Positions 1 to 27,964 are shown, counted from the first letter of the stretch. The stretch is DNA of 34,768 bases from Octopus bimaculoides (GCF_001194135.2 NC_069005.1:28686479-28721246); one strand, 5' to 3'. Notes: generated by a model from the letters alone, not told the origin. Numbers and translations: made by a program.

Positions 1-8
1 ATAAAATC

Positions 9-373
9 TGTGTGGTAAGTAGCTTGTTTACGAACCACATGGTTCCAGGTTCAGTCCCACTGCGTGGCACCTTGGGCAAGTGTCTTCTACTATAGCCTCG
101 GGCCGACCAAAGCCTTGTGAGTGGATTTGGTAGAAGGAAACTGAAAGAAGCCCGTCGTATATATATATATGTTTGTGTGTCTGTGTTTATCCCCCCAACA
201 TCGCTTGACAACCGACGGTGGTGTGTTTACGTCCCCGTAACTTAGCGGTTCGGCAAAAGACTCCGATAGAATAAGTACTAGGCTTACAAAGAATAAGTCC
301 TGGGGTCGATTTGCTCGACTATAAAGGCAGTGCTCCAGCATGGCCACAGTCAAATGACTGAAACAAGTAAAAG
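9..373 (+). mobile_element. tRNA-derived SINE family A (tRNA-like head, CORE-like ccttgggcaag, internal TA/TG microsatellite, conserved tail)
   Basis: A-box-like tgtggtaagtagc and B-box-like ggttcagtccc; near-identical to 1348-1715 and related to many copies in the window. Confidence 0.8.
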
Positions 374-1347
374 AGTATATATCTATATATATCTATATAT
401 TTATTTATAAATAAACTTACTGTTAAAAAAGTCGAGTGTGCGTGCGTAACATTACTCTCTCTCTCTCTCTCTCTCGTATATGCATACATATAATGTACAG
501 TCTCGTCATTGTTAAGATGAACGAAAATGTAGCCTATCCTTCTAGACATGAATATCATTTAATAAACACAGGATTTAAATCTGAGCTGCTACAAGTTTCA
601 TATATGTTCGCGCGCGCGAACAAACACACATATACACGCACGCATGCAATTTTATTTCTCTCTCTGTATGTTTCCTTTCTATTCCTTTCTTGTCAATTCC
701 AGTCTTGCACTTTTAGTTTTGTCTGCTGCTTACATTGGGGNNNNNNNNNNNNNNNNNNNNNNNNNNNNNNNNNNNNNNNNNNNNNNNNNNNNNNNNNNNN
801 NNNNNNNNNNNNNNNNNNNNNNNNNNNNNNNNNNNNNNNNNNNNNNNNNNNNNNNNNNNNNNNNNNNNNNNNNNNNNNNNNNNNNNNNNNNNNNNNNNNN
901 NNNNNNNNNNNNNNNNNNNNNNNNNNNNNNNNNNNNNNNNNNNNNNNNNNNNNNNNNNNNNNNNNNNNNNNNNNNNNNNNNNNNNNNNNNNNNNNNNNNN
1001 NNNNNNNNNNNNNNNNNNNNNNNNNNNNNNNNNNNNNNNNNNNNNNNNNNNNNNNNNNNNNNNNNNNNNNNNNNNNNNNNNNNNNNNNNNNNNNNNNNNN
1101 NNNNNNNNNNNNNNNNNNNNNNNNNNNNNNNNNNNNNNNNNNNNNNNNNNNNNNNNNNNNNNNNNNNNNNNNNNNNNNNNNNNNNNNNNNNNNNNNNNNN
1201 NNNNNNNNNNNNNNNNNNNNNNNNNNNNNNNNNNNNNNNNNNNNNNNNNNNNNNNNNNNNNNNNNNNNNNNNNNNNNNNNNNNNNNNNNNNNNNNNNNNN
1301 NNNNNNNNNNNNNNNNNNNNNNNNNNNNNNNNNNNNNNNNNNNNNNN

Positions 1348-1715
1348 GGTAAGTAGCTTGCCTACCAACCACATGGTTCCAGGTTCAGTCCCACTGCGTG
1401 GCATCTTGGGCAAGTGTCTTCTACTATAGCCTCGGGCCGACCAAAGCCCTGTGAGTAGATTTGGTAGACGGAAAACGAAAGAAGCTTGTCATATATATAT
1501 ATATATATATATATGTTTGTGTCTGTGTTTGTGCCCCCAACAGCGCTTGACAACCGATGCTGGTGTGTTAACGTCCCCGTAACTTAGCGGTTCGGCAAAA
1601 GAAACCGATAGAATAAGTACTAGGCTTACAAAGAATAAGTCCTGGGGTCGATTTGCTCGACTAAAGGCGGTGCTCTGGCATGGCCGCAGTCAAATGACTG
1701 AAACAAGTAAAAGAG
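1348..1715 (+). mobile_element. SINE family A copy
   Basis: Same head, microsatellite and tail layout as 9-373, ending aaatgactgaaacaagtaaaagag. Confidence 0.8.
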
Positions 1716-1736
1716 TAAGATATATATTTCCGATTT

Positions 1737-2672
1737 TTGTTAAATTTATTCCGACCACTGAAGTTTTTCAAATTTTCTCCAGATTACTTTTTTAAATGTA
1801 CTTCTGATGTGGTTTTTGCACGCTGAAGACAAAAACGGTTTTCATTTTTTTTTTCTCTTTTTCTACAAATTAATAATTACAAAGTTATAAGTATTTAAAG
1901 TTATGTAATTTTAGCCAATCGTAAACGGCCATTGCCAACATATCGGAGTTGTAACTGTCTGTTGTCATGGCGATCAGAAGACGAAACCTTTACGTGGTCT
2001 CTCGACCTGCTAGAAATAGTAGCTAAATCTTCCTGAAACTACACCAGAACGTCTAAAAAGAAAATGAAAAAAGGGTGACACCTTATATAACGTAGTTAGG
2101 GGTACTGGTGTTTCTCACTGATAATTAGGGCCCCAGTGCAAATTAATATGGCCCTAAATTCACAGTGACACTCCTTGTCATTTATAATCCTAAACAGTGC
2201 TGAGTACATATTTGTTATTCATACATACATGTTTATAATTACGTGTAATAAACATATTTAGTGTTACTGTGACTTAAGGGCCATATTAATTTGCATTGTT
2301 GCTCTAATTATGAATGAGAAAAAAAAACAATATCCTAAATTATGTTATATTACGTGTCATCCTTTTTGTGCTTTAGACCTGGTATATTGTAAGGAAGATT
2401 TGGCTGCTATTTCTAGCAGGTCGAGAGTCCACGTAGAGGTTTTGTCTTAGCTGATTGCCATGACAACAGACAGTTGCAATTCTGATATGCTGGCAATAGA
2501 CGCTTATGGTTGGCTAAAATTACACAACTTTAAACTTCTTGATTACCAATTTCTAGAAAAAGGGGAAAAAAGTGCAATTTTCGTCTTCAGCACACAAAAC
2601 TATATTTGTAAAAAAAAAATAATAATAATCTGGAGAAAATTAGAAAATTTCTGGTAGATGGAAGAAATTTAG
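1737..2672. repeat. Long inverted repeat (foldback/MITE-like), arms ~420 bp, spacer ~87 bp
   Basis: Paired segments: aattttctccagatta (1771) / taatctggagaaaatt (2626); ctcgacctgctagaaatag / ctatttctagcaggtcgag; tgcaaattaatatggccct / agggccatattaatttgca; cacagtgacact (2161) / agtgttactgtg (2260). Confidence 0.85.
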
Positions 2673-2774
2673 CCAGATCCTGTTTCTTTCTCTCTCTCTC
2701 TTTTAAAGACAAACAATTTTAGATATTAAATATAAACGTTGTATACACAGTGATTTTATAGTGTTAAGTGCATA

Positions 2775-3153
2775 TACACAGATAGCACCATTTGAGCGTG
2801 ACCGTTACCAACATCGCCTTCCTGGCACTTGTACCAGTGGCACGTGAAAAGACATTCGAGCGAGATCATTGCCAGTACCGCTGGACTGGCCCTTGTGCAG
2901 GTGGCACGTAAAATACACCATTTTGAGCGTGGCCATTGCCAGTACCTCATGACTGGCTTTTGTGCCGGTGGCACGTAAAAGCACCCACTACACTCTCTGA
3001 GTGGTTGGCATTAGGAAGGGCATCCAGCTGTAGAAACTCTGCCAGATCAGATTGGAGCCTGGTGCAGCCATCTGGTTCACTAGTCCTCAGTGAAATCGTC
3101 CAACCCATGCTAGCATGGAAAGCGGACGTTAAACGATGATGATGATGATGATG
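2775..3153 (+). mobile_element. Retroposon family B (RTE-type 3' tail ending in (GAT)n)
   Basis: tggttggcattaggaagggcatccagc...acccatgctagcatggaaagcggacgttaaac(gat)n; related copies near 15900, 19430, 20330, 21100, 23866 and 27965. Confidence 0.75.
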
Positions 3154-3208
3154 ACATATGGTCAAATGTGAAGGAGAGTCACCCCACTCTGAAGTCTTTG
3201 CTATCTTG

Positions 3209-3661
3209 TTTAAACTTTTAGCATTTAAGATGGTCGTATCCGGCCCAAATATTCTATTGTTTCATGTTCAAACTGTCAAGATCTGACCTCTCACACTTAC
3301 CCTGCAATGACATTCTAAAAATATACCATCACATCATCAGAATCTCAAAGCCGTAAGATAACGCATTATTAATTCCAAACAATCTGAATAAGAAAGCATT
3401 ATATTTGACAAAATGCTGAATGCTGAAGTGTTAACCTTTTAGCATTTCAACTGACCCATATCTGACCCAAATATTCTTTCTACTTTACGGGCAAACTAGC
3501 CACATTTAGCCTTTCACAACAGCCATGTGCAGTGTCATTCTGACAGTAACAATGACATCATTCAATTCTCAAAGCTACAAGATAATGCAGGATTAATTCA
3601 AAACAATGTGAGTCAATAAGCGTGACATTTGCCAGAGTAATCTGAATGTGAAAGGGTTTAA
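3209..3661. mobile_element. Two tandem copies of a TTAA/CCCTTT-ended (piggyBac-like) MITE
   Basis: ttaacctttt at 3431 ... aaagggttta at 3651; internal sequence repeated at 3209-3425, 10489-10682, 15048-15215 and 20130-20320. Confidence 0.6.
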
Positions 3662-3695
3662 AAAAATTATCAGGCTGCAGCCATCTTGGGATATG

Positions 3696-3913
3696 AAGGT
3701 GGCGAGCTGGTAGAAATGTTAGCACGCCGGCCGAAATGCTTACTGGTATTTCGTCCGTCTTTATGTTCTGAGTTCAAATTCCACTGAGGTCGACTTTGCC
3801 TTTCATCCTTTCCGGGTCGATAAATTAAGTACCAGTTACGCACTGGGGTCGATGTAATTGACTTAATCCCTTTGTCCCCTCTATTTTTAGCCCCTTGTGG
3901 GCAGTAAAGAAAT
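3696..3913 (+). mobile_element. tRNA-derived SINE family C
   Basis: ggcgagctggtagaa...gagttcaaattcc head followed by gtcgactttgcctttcatcc...ggggtcgat core; many related copies in the window. Confidence 0.75.
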
Positions 3914-3916
3914 AAG

Positions 3917-4317
3917 AAGCTTGCTTCCCAACCACATGGTTCCTGGTTCAGTCCCACTGCATGACACCATGAGCAAGTGTCTTCTGCTATGGCCTTGGGC
4001 CCACCAATGCCTTGTCAGTGGATTTGGTAGGCGGAAACTGAAAGAAGCCCATTGTGTGTNNNNNNNNNNNNNNNNNNNNNNNNNNNNNNNNNNNNNNNNN
4101 NNNNNNNNNNNNNNNNNNNNNNNNNNNNNNNNNNNNNNNNNNNNNNNNNNNNNNNNNNNNNNNNNNNNNNNNNNNNNNNNNNNNNNNNNNNNNNNNNNNN
4201 NNNNNNNNNNNNNNNNNNNNNNNNNNNNNNNNNNNNNNNNNNNNNNNNNNNNNNNNNNNNNNNNNNNNNNNNNNNNNNNNNNNNNNNNNNNNNNNNNNNN
4301 NNNNNNNNNNNNNNNNN

Positions 4318-4358
<41 letters not shown>

Positions 4359-4565
4359 CTGTGTTTGTATCCCCCCACCCCCATCATAACTTGACAACTG
4401 GTGTTGGTATATTTGTGTCCCTGTAACTTAGTGGTTTGGCAAGGAGACTGATAGAATGAGTGCTAGGCTTAGAAATGTGAGTACTGGGGTCGAATTGTTT
4501 TGACAAGAACACTTCAAGGCGGTGCTCCAGCATGGCCACAGTCAAATGACTGAAACATGTAAAAG
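3917..4565 (+). mobile_element. SINE family A copy spanning an assembly gap at its internal microsatellite
   Basis: Head 3917-4059, gap 4060-4317, (TA)n, tail to ~4565. Confidence 0.75.
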
Positions 4566-4747
4566 AATAAAAGAATACGATAGGCTTCTGAACAGTTTCT
4601 TTTTTCACCTGTCCATTTCACCTTCAAGGCATTTGTTGGCTTGAGGCTGTAGCAGAAGACGCTCACCTGAGAAGCCATGCAATGGAACCAGACAAACCCT
4701 GAGACCACCTGGTTGTGGAGTGACCCTCCTAACTGCATGGCAATGCC

Positions 4748-5340
4748 TGCATCATCATCATCCTTTGATATCCATTTTCCATGCTGGCATGGGTTGGACA
4801 GTGTGACCAGAGCTTCACCATGCTCCAGTCTGATTTGGCTTGGTTTCTATGGCTGGATGTCCTTCCTAACACCAACCACTTTACAGTGTACTGGGTGCTT
4901 TTTACATGGTACTGCATAAGCACTTTTAAGTAGCACCAGTACAAAACTCTTGCAGACCAATCCCCTTCACCAGGGGGAGTGGCCTTAACACTTCTGCTGT
5001 TGAGGACAGATCTTCTCAAGTACAGCAAAGCACCAGGTATCTCTGTATTTTGTCATCTCATCAGAAAAGTTCAATGTCTTGAGGTTGTCCTGCAGTACTT
5101 CATCCCATGTCTTTCTGGAGCTGTCTGCATCCATCTGCATTACACGACCAAACCAGCAGAGTCCTCTAAATCTGTGGATATTGAGGATGTGGTGTACTTG
5201 TTGTCACAACCTAAGAATAATCTTTTCTTATACAGACACCTTGTCACACATTTATGTGCAGATAACCTACTTTCATTTCCTATTATGTCTAACATACTGT
5301 GTGCAGTGATCCACACTGAAAAACTAAGATATTTAGACAT
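4748..5340 (-). mobile_element. Degenerate RTE-clade LINE 3' fragment with family-B-type tail
   Basis: Minus-strand translation RGLCWFGRVMQMDADS-SRKTWDEVLQDNLKTLNFSDEMTKYRDTWCFAVLEK resembles the C-terminus of RTE-clade ORFs; followed by the family-B tail and (GAT)n. Confidence 0.7.
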
Positions 5341-5379
5341 CCCTCACTTATGTTTTTCTCACTTGCACAGTCACGCCCA

Positions 5380-5759
5380 TACACAGATACATGCATACAC
5401 ACACACAGACACACACACAGTTTATTGCATCTGTGTGTGTGTGTGTATGTATATCTATAAATATGTATGTGTATCATTATCATCATCACCATGATAATAT
5501 ATATGTATATATAAATATATATATATATGCATACGTTTATAGATATATATATATATATATATGTATGTGTATTTTTATATAAACACACACACATATACGT
5601 GTATATATAGAAATGGATTTGCTTATATATACACGCACAAGCACACACATTTACTGACTCTTTTACTCTCTCTCACAATGCACAAACTCACTTACACACA
5701 CACACACTGACATTGATACGACTAATACTGTACACATACACACACACATGCACACGCAA

Positions 5760-5806
<47 letters not shown>

Positions 5807-5810
5807 TGCA
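5380..5810. repeat. Compound microsatellite tract (CA, TG, TA, CT)
   Basis: Directly visible dinucleotide runs. Confidence 0.9.
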
Positions 5811-6119
5811 TGTACTGTTTTTCTTTCTTTGCATTGTGTATGCAGGACCAACTTGTTGGTTAATCTAACCAACAGCTCAGGGAAGGCACAGCTACTGTTA
5901 CACAGCTAGTGAGGACTTCTCTTATATGCGAGAGTGACACATATTAGACGTGTGTGTGTGTGTGGTGCTGGTGGTGGTAACATATTGAATGTCTGCATCT
6001 GTTTTAGATACTTAGAATGATTTAGAACATACTGGCATCGTTACTTATGGTAATACAATATATGCATGGTTTCAATAAAATGGGGGGGGGGGAATAAATT
6101 AAAGATGATAATTATAATT

Positions 6120-6329
6120 ATTTCTAGGCACAAGGCCTTGAATATTTTGGTGGGTAAGAGGGGCTGGTCAATTACATTGACCTCAGTGCGTAACTAGTAC
6201 TCATTCCATTGACCCCCAGAAGAATGAAAGGCAAAGACCTCTGTGGAATTTGAACACAGAATGTAGCGGCAGATGAAATGCGACTAAGCATTTTGCCCAG
6301 CGTGCTAACGATTCTGCCAGCTCACCACC

Positions 6330-6372
<43 letters not shown>

Positions 6373-6570
6373 CAATATTAATAATGATTTTAAATTTTGC
6401 CACAAGGGCTGCAATTTTGGGGGAGGGGATAAGTCAATTACATCAACCCCAATGTTCAACTGGTACTTATTTTATCGTCCCCAGGAGGATGAAAGGTTAA
6501 GTCGACTGCAGCAGAATTTGAACTCAGAATGTAAAGACAAATGAAAGACTGCCGAGCATTTTCCCTGGCA
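6120..6570 (-). mobile_element. Two tandem SINE family C copies separated by an (AAT)n microsatellite (6331-6370)
   Basis: Reverse complements of the 3696-3913 head/core at ~6120-6330 and ~6375-6570. Confidence 0.7.
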
Positions 6571-6840
6571 TACTCTTTTACTTGCTTCAGTCATTTGACT
6601 GCGGCCATGCTGGAGCACCGCTTATAGTCGAGCAAATCGACTCCAGGACTTATTCTTTGTAAGTCTAGTACTTATTCTATCAGTCTCTTTTGCCGAACTG
6701 CTAAGTTACGGGGACGTAAACACACCAGCATTGGTTGTCAAGCGATGTTGGGGGACAAACACAGACGCACAAACACACACATATATACATATACATATAT
6801 ACGACGGGCTTCTTTCAGTTTCCGTCTACCAAATCCACTC
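6565..6840 (-). mobile_element. 5'-truncated SINE family A copy
   Basis: tactcttttacttgcttcagtcatttgactgcgg...ttccgtctaccaaatccactc is the reverse complement of the family A tail and mid-region. Confidence 0.75.
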
Positions 6841-6970
6841 AAAGTTAACAAGAAACAAAGGGGTGGCTCTAAATTTAAGTTATATATTTCGCATATATTT
6901 ACATATTTCAAAGACATAATTATAATATATTGATTATTATTATTATTTTGTTTTTACAGAAACTTCTAAC

Positions 6971-23600
<16,630 letters not shown>

Positions 23601-23829
23601 AGTTCTTGAACTCACCCTGTGCTCTCTCCCACCCCCAACTCCTTCTCCTTCATTTTAAATTCGTCCATAAAAGTTTTGTCAAAATTCATTATGAAAAACG
23701 TTTAGAATTATTATTTTTTTTTGTAAATTACAAATTAAGAGTAAATTTTTAAATTCATTATACTGTCCTTGCAAAAAAAAAAATCTTCCATAAATATAAT
23801 TTTTTTTTCCTTTGAAAATATTCGAGAGA

Positions 23830-23835
23830 AATAAA
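23830..23835 (+). promoter_or_regulatory. Candidate ASL polyadenylation signal (AATAAA)
   Basis: First AATAAA I found after the stop, ~230 nt downstream, followed by a T/G-rich tract. Confidence 0.45.
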
Positions 23836-23865
23836 GTATTTTGTAGCTCTATTATGTGTTTATCA

Positions 23866-24100
23866 TCATCATCATTTAACATCCGTTTCCCATGCTGGAA
23901 CGAGTTGGGCAGCTTGACAGAAACTGGCAAGGCCAGCAAGGGCTGCACCAGGTTTCATAGTCTGTTTTGGTTTGGTATCTGGGGCTGGATGCCCTTTCTA
24001 ACACCAACCACTTTGCAGAGTGTTCTGGGTGCTTTTAACATGGCACCAGCACCAGTACTTTTTATGTGGCACCAGCACCCACACGAATGCTTTTTATGCG
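23866..24100 (-). mobile_element. Retroposon family B copy just downstream of the candidate ASL poly(A) signal
   Basis: (cat)n ttaacatccgtttcccatgctgg...ggatgccctttctaacaccaacc. Confidence 0.7.
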
Positions 24101-24531
24101 GCACCTTGGTCTCTCTATTCTGTACAGGTGAATGGGTCTTCTTCAGTACAGCAATGTGCCACGTCTCAGTCCTCTGTCATCCCCTTCATAAGGTTCAGAG
24201 TTTTGAGGAATGAGCCTATATATAATAACCATTTAATACTTGAATTACTAGCTGCCTTGTTGCTCCGGTTGTTGAAGGCTGGAGACATGCCAAGGAGTTC
24301 CAAGTCGCTGCCAGAAACCAAACTGTTTTGGCTAGGAACAATAATTAAATTGAATACGTACGTTTATATTGGTGTAAATATAACCAGACTTGCTGTTGAA
24401 CAGTTTTTTTTTTCTCATTGGTGTATATATTTCAAATATATTTTCTAACTCCCATTTCTCAGCTAAAGTTATTACACTAATATTATATCTTTTTATGTAC
24501 GAAGTATAATGTCTATTGCCATAGCATAGTT

Positions 24532-24673
24532 CAGTGCTCCTCAACCTTTTTTCACCTGCAGTACACATTCTTTTCAAAATTTGGCTGCACACCTGAACTC
24601 AAAATACAACTAAAAGTATAGGGAAAAACATTATATTCAGGTTACACTGTGGCACACCGGTTGCAGAGCACTA
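24532..24673. mobile_element. hAT(Charlie)-like MITE, 142 bp
   Basis: TIRs cagtgctcctcaacc / ggttgcagagcacta; 8-bp TSD gcatagtt (24524-24531) / gtatagtt (24674-24681). Confidence 0.6.
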
Positions 24674-25189
24674 GTATAGTTTGGTAAGTGCTAAGTGGAA
24701 AATTCTTGTCTATTGAGTCACTTTTGTAACTTTGTGCAAATTACAAATATTTCTATTGTGTGTATCCCCCTCACTGGTAGTTTGTCATAAGACTGTACCA
24801 CACTTGGAAGTCACCTTTAATGATGTTTTGTCAGTCATATCAACCCCAGAAATTATTGAACTTACTTCGGTTAAGTACTTATCACTTAATAATCTCAATT
24901 AAACAGCGAAATTACATTTTGAGGTGAAGGCATGCAACACTATGTATGTAGTGGGCCAAATGTTACACAGCAAAACATTCAACATTATTGGTGCATGTAT
25001 ACACACACACATTCACAATAAGACCCAGCAGATTTCTCCAACCAAATTCAAATCCTGCTCACAGAATTGACCAAGCTGACATTTGCCCAAAATACTGTGC
25101 AGTGGCATCAAAGCTAGAGCCACAGGGATTCAAAGCCAAGTTAACCCCCACAGTGATGCCTACATCTGTACAAAATATTTATTTATTTA

Positions 25190-25350
25190 TTTATTGCCCA
25201 CAGGGGGGCTAAACATAGAGGGGACAAACAAGGACAGACAAAGAGATTAAGTTGATAACATCGACTCCTGTGCGTAACCGGTACTTATTTAATCAACCCT
25301 GAAAGGATGAAAGGCAAAGTCGACCTCGGTGCAATTTGAACTCAGAACGC
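25190..25350 (-). mobile_element. SINE family C copy (3' part and core)
   Basis: Reverse complement of 3770-3913, including aaaggcaaagtcgacctcgg. Confidence 0.7.
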
Positions 25351-25499
25351 AACAATACAGACCGTTATCAACATCCCCACTATAAACATTGTTTTAACAA
25401 ATTTCTCTTGTTATTCAAAAGATTAAACAACAAAAACATACATTCAACTCTTTTGATACATACCTGTCTGAGATGGACCCTGATTCTCTGATGCAAATA

Positions 25500-26160
25500 T
25501 CCTGTTTACTTAAGCTCTTCACTCCTTATGGTACACCGGCCACTCTGGCTTTTCTCTAATGTTATCAACTCTGGGCCATCTTTTCTGCTTCCCTCCAGTT
25601 AGATTGCTGCTCTTTCTGCTCCACTTCAGTATTTCCAGGTCTTCTTTCCCGCCTCCCTTGTCGGATGTTTCCCCAAGGGAGGGCCTTCCCGTCACGGATC
25701 TGGTTAGCTTTGAATTGTCATTGATGCTTTTGCAGCAATGCCTTTTTCCAGGTAAGGGTGTTGGCATTGCACAAACCCCATTTTTACTTCTTGGAACAGA
25801 CAGTCCAGTCCCACATGGGAGGCCCCACCAGCAGCATATACTCCATCGGTCTAGATCTCAGGGGTCATTGAGGTACACAAACCAACACAATGCAATAAGG
25901 ACTGGAACTTGTAGTGGAAGAATTTTTGCTCAACAATGTTAATGAAGAAACAGAAATTTCCTGGGTAAATTGGTAGTAGTATGGAGGCATATGCAGGAAC
26001 AGCAGGTCGTTGTAACCATCAACTATTGACGATTCCTTACTCTCAGTGAATAACACTTTTGCACCACTCAAGCAACACCCCTCCAACCCATGGGTCTCTT
26101 TCTGTTTTGGGTAGTCATTGCTGGTGAAGGTTTTTACAAGGTCAGAGTGCATATTCTATC
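25500..26160 (-). mobile_element. Degenerate RTE-clade LINE 3' fragment
   Basis: Frameshifted minus-strand patches (KTFTSN, TTTNLPRK..FIN, ALPWG..QGRRERRP.NT, NWREAEKMAQ) follow the order of the RTE ORF C-terminus. Confidence 0.6.
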
Positions 26161-26984
26161 TCAAACTCTTTTAGTCGGCTTTTATGACATTCAGAAGAAA
26201 CACCAAGTCTAATTCTTTGACAAGCCAGTCCTCACACAGCACTAGAGCAATGTGAAATGGAGTGTTTTGCTCAAGAACACAACAAGCTATCTGGTCTGGG
26301 AACTGAACCCACAATCACTAGATCATGAGTGCAACACCCCAACCACAAGACCATGCATAAAGTGATCGAAATTAAAAAAACATGCCATTAAAATTTCATG
26401 TTAATTTATGATTCAAACACCATTTTAATAATGGCAAAGATATTTTATTAAACTCATTTTCAAAATTAACTGAAACAAATGCAGTGTATTTTAATAAATA
26501 GGTTAACAAAAAAGGATTAAGTACAAAAGCTATTCGAATCAAACACAACGTGTGTGTGTGTGCGTGTGTTATAATAGTTTAGTAGCAATAAATGGAAGCT
26601 GTTATGTACAACAAAGAGCCGTCAGGAGGTATTGAGATGACAGATACATTCAGAGGACTTTGAGCAGCGAGAGGCAAATGACTTACCAATTCCTTCATTG
26701 TCCTTGTCAAGGAAACAATGTAGCACCACACCATCTGCTTACCCAAAAGAACCTTTGGCCTCATGAACCTTTACAGACTGGTGAGAAGAAGTTATCCTCA
26801 GACAAGAAACCTAGCTCGAATGCTTGAATTAGAATGTGTACCAAAGCATGGGCACACAGGAGTCGGGTGGTGATGTGAAATCAGGCAACAGATTAACTCT
26901 TACATTCACAAACAACAACACAAATTCAGTCAGGTCACATCGTTTTTGATTCATTAGATTAATGATGGTAATGTCTATTATATA

Positions 26985-27847
26985 CAGGGGGCGGTGAATA
27001 TATTGTCGTCTAAATTATGCAAAAATGAAAATAACACCGACAGCTCGTTTTAACAGATATATTTACCAAAATTACATAAAAATATCTTGAAATACTAAAG
27101 AGTAAATTTATTCAAAAAACTCGCCATTGGCTTCAGCCATGGCCTCCAGACAACTTTAGAGTCTCCTTGTTTAAGTTGGTGAATGCTGCCATAATCCTTG
27201 CCTTCTGATCATCTTTGGTGTTACAAAAGAATTTTGTTGGTCTCTCGCTCAACTACACCCCACACATAGTGAAGGGGGGTTGCAGTCTTGAGAGTTAGGT
27301 GGCCAGATTGTAGAGGTGATGTGGTCGCAAAAATTGTCTGACAACCATGACTGGGTTCTCCTACTAATGTGGCATAGTGCAGAGCCCTATGCCAGACATA
27401 GGGTCTTCCAGCAGCCACCCTCTTGACCCAGGGCAACACTACCTCCTCCTAGCACTTGGTGTGGGTCTCCGTGTTGAGTATGAGGCCGTGTGGAAAGACA
27501 AATAGAGGCATAACATTGCCATCACTAGTTATTACTCCAAACACCATGAGGTTGACTGGATGTTTGATTTTTATCGTTCTTGGCACATGTTTTGGGGACA
27601 CAGCAAGACAATGGCCGTTCTGTGTGCTCACCATCTGTTCGTATTGGAGCTTCAGGTGTGAATGCCAAGCAGTACAGCATGTTTCCAAATTTCTGATATA
27701 GTGAACTGAGCCATGGTGCTGTTTTTCTCACAGATGGTGCCCAACTGATCCTACTATACTGTGTAGTCGACAAAATCAAAAGGAAACAATGTGCATGTGT
27801 GAAATTAAAAGTATAAAATGGTAACAATGTACCCACCGCACCCCGTG
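26985..27847 (-). mobile_element. Internally deleted Tc1/mariner (maT/DD37D-like) transposon with both TIRs
   Basis: TA then cagggggcggtgaatatattgtc at 26985, imperfectly inverted at acaatgtacccaccgcaccccgtg (~27824-27847). Transposase remnant from ATG 27714 to TAA 27108: KHPVNLMVFGVITSDG, RPYVW, WPPNSQDCNP, YVWGVVERETNK, EANGEFFE*; frameshifted. Confidence 0.85.
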
Positions 27848-27855
27848 TGTGTATG

Positions 27856-27894
<39 letters not shown>

Positions 27895-27964
27895 NNNNNN
27901 NNNNNNNNNNNNNNNNNNNNNNNNNNNNNNNNNNNNNNNNNNNNNNNNNNNNNNNNNNNNNNNN

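Noticed and set aside
436-1429. Long ORFs in the track spanning 436-1429, and similarly 3887-4426, 27776-28089, 30943-31347 and 33230-33883
   Set aside because: They are artefacts of N-runs translated as X, plus microsatellite-derived low-complexity peptides.
2936-3139. Near-identical small ORFs at 2936-3139, 19434-19637 and 27776-28063 as a gene family
   Set aside because: They are translations of the same non-coding family B retroposon tail.
4979-5494. 171-aa plus-strand ORF
   Set aside because: It is the antisense shadow of the minus-strand RTE remnant and runs into microsatellites; no recognisable domain.
25559-25942. 127-aa plus-strand ORF and overlapping minus-strand ORFs (25519-25767, 25865-26152)
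   Set aside because: Explained as reading frames across a frameshifted RTE-like LINE remnant.
26600-26830. Possible minus-strand exon ending at ttg|gtaagt (~26688)
   Set aside because: No recognisable peptide, no partner exon and several ambiguous acceptors, so support is insufficient.
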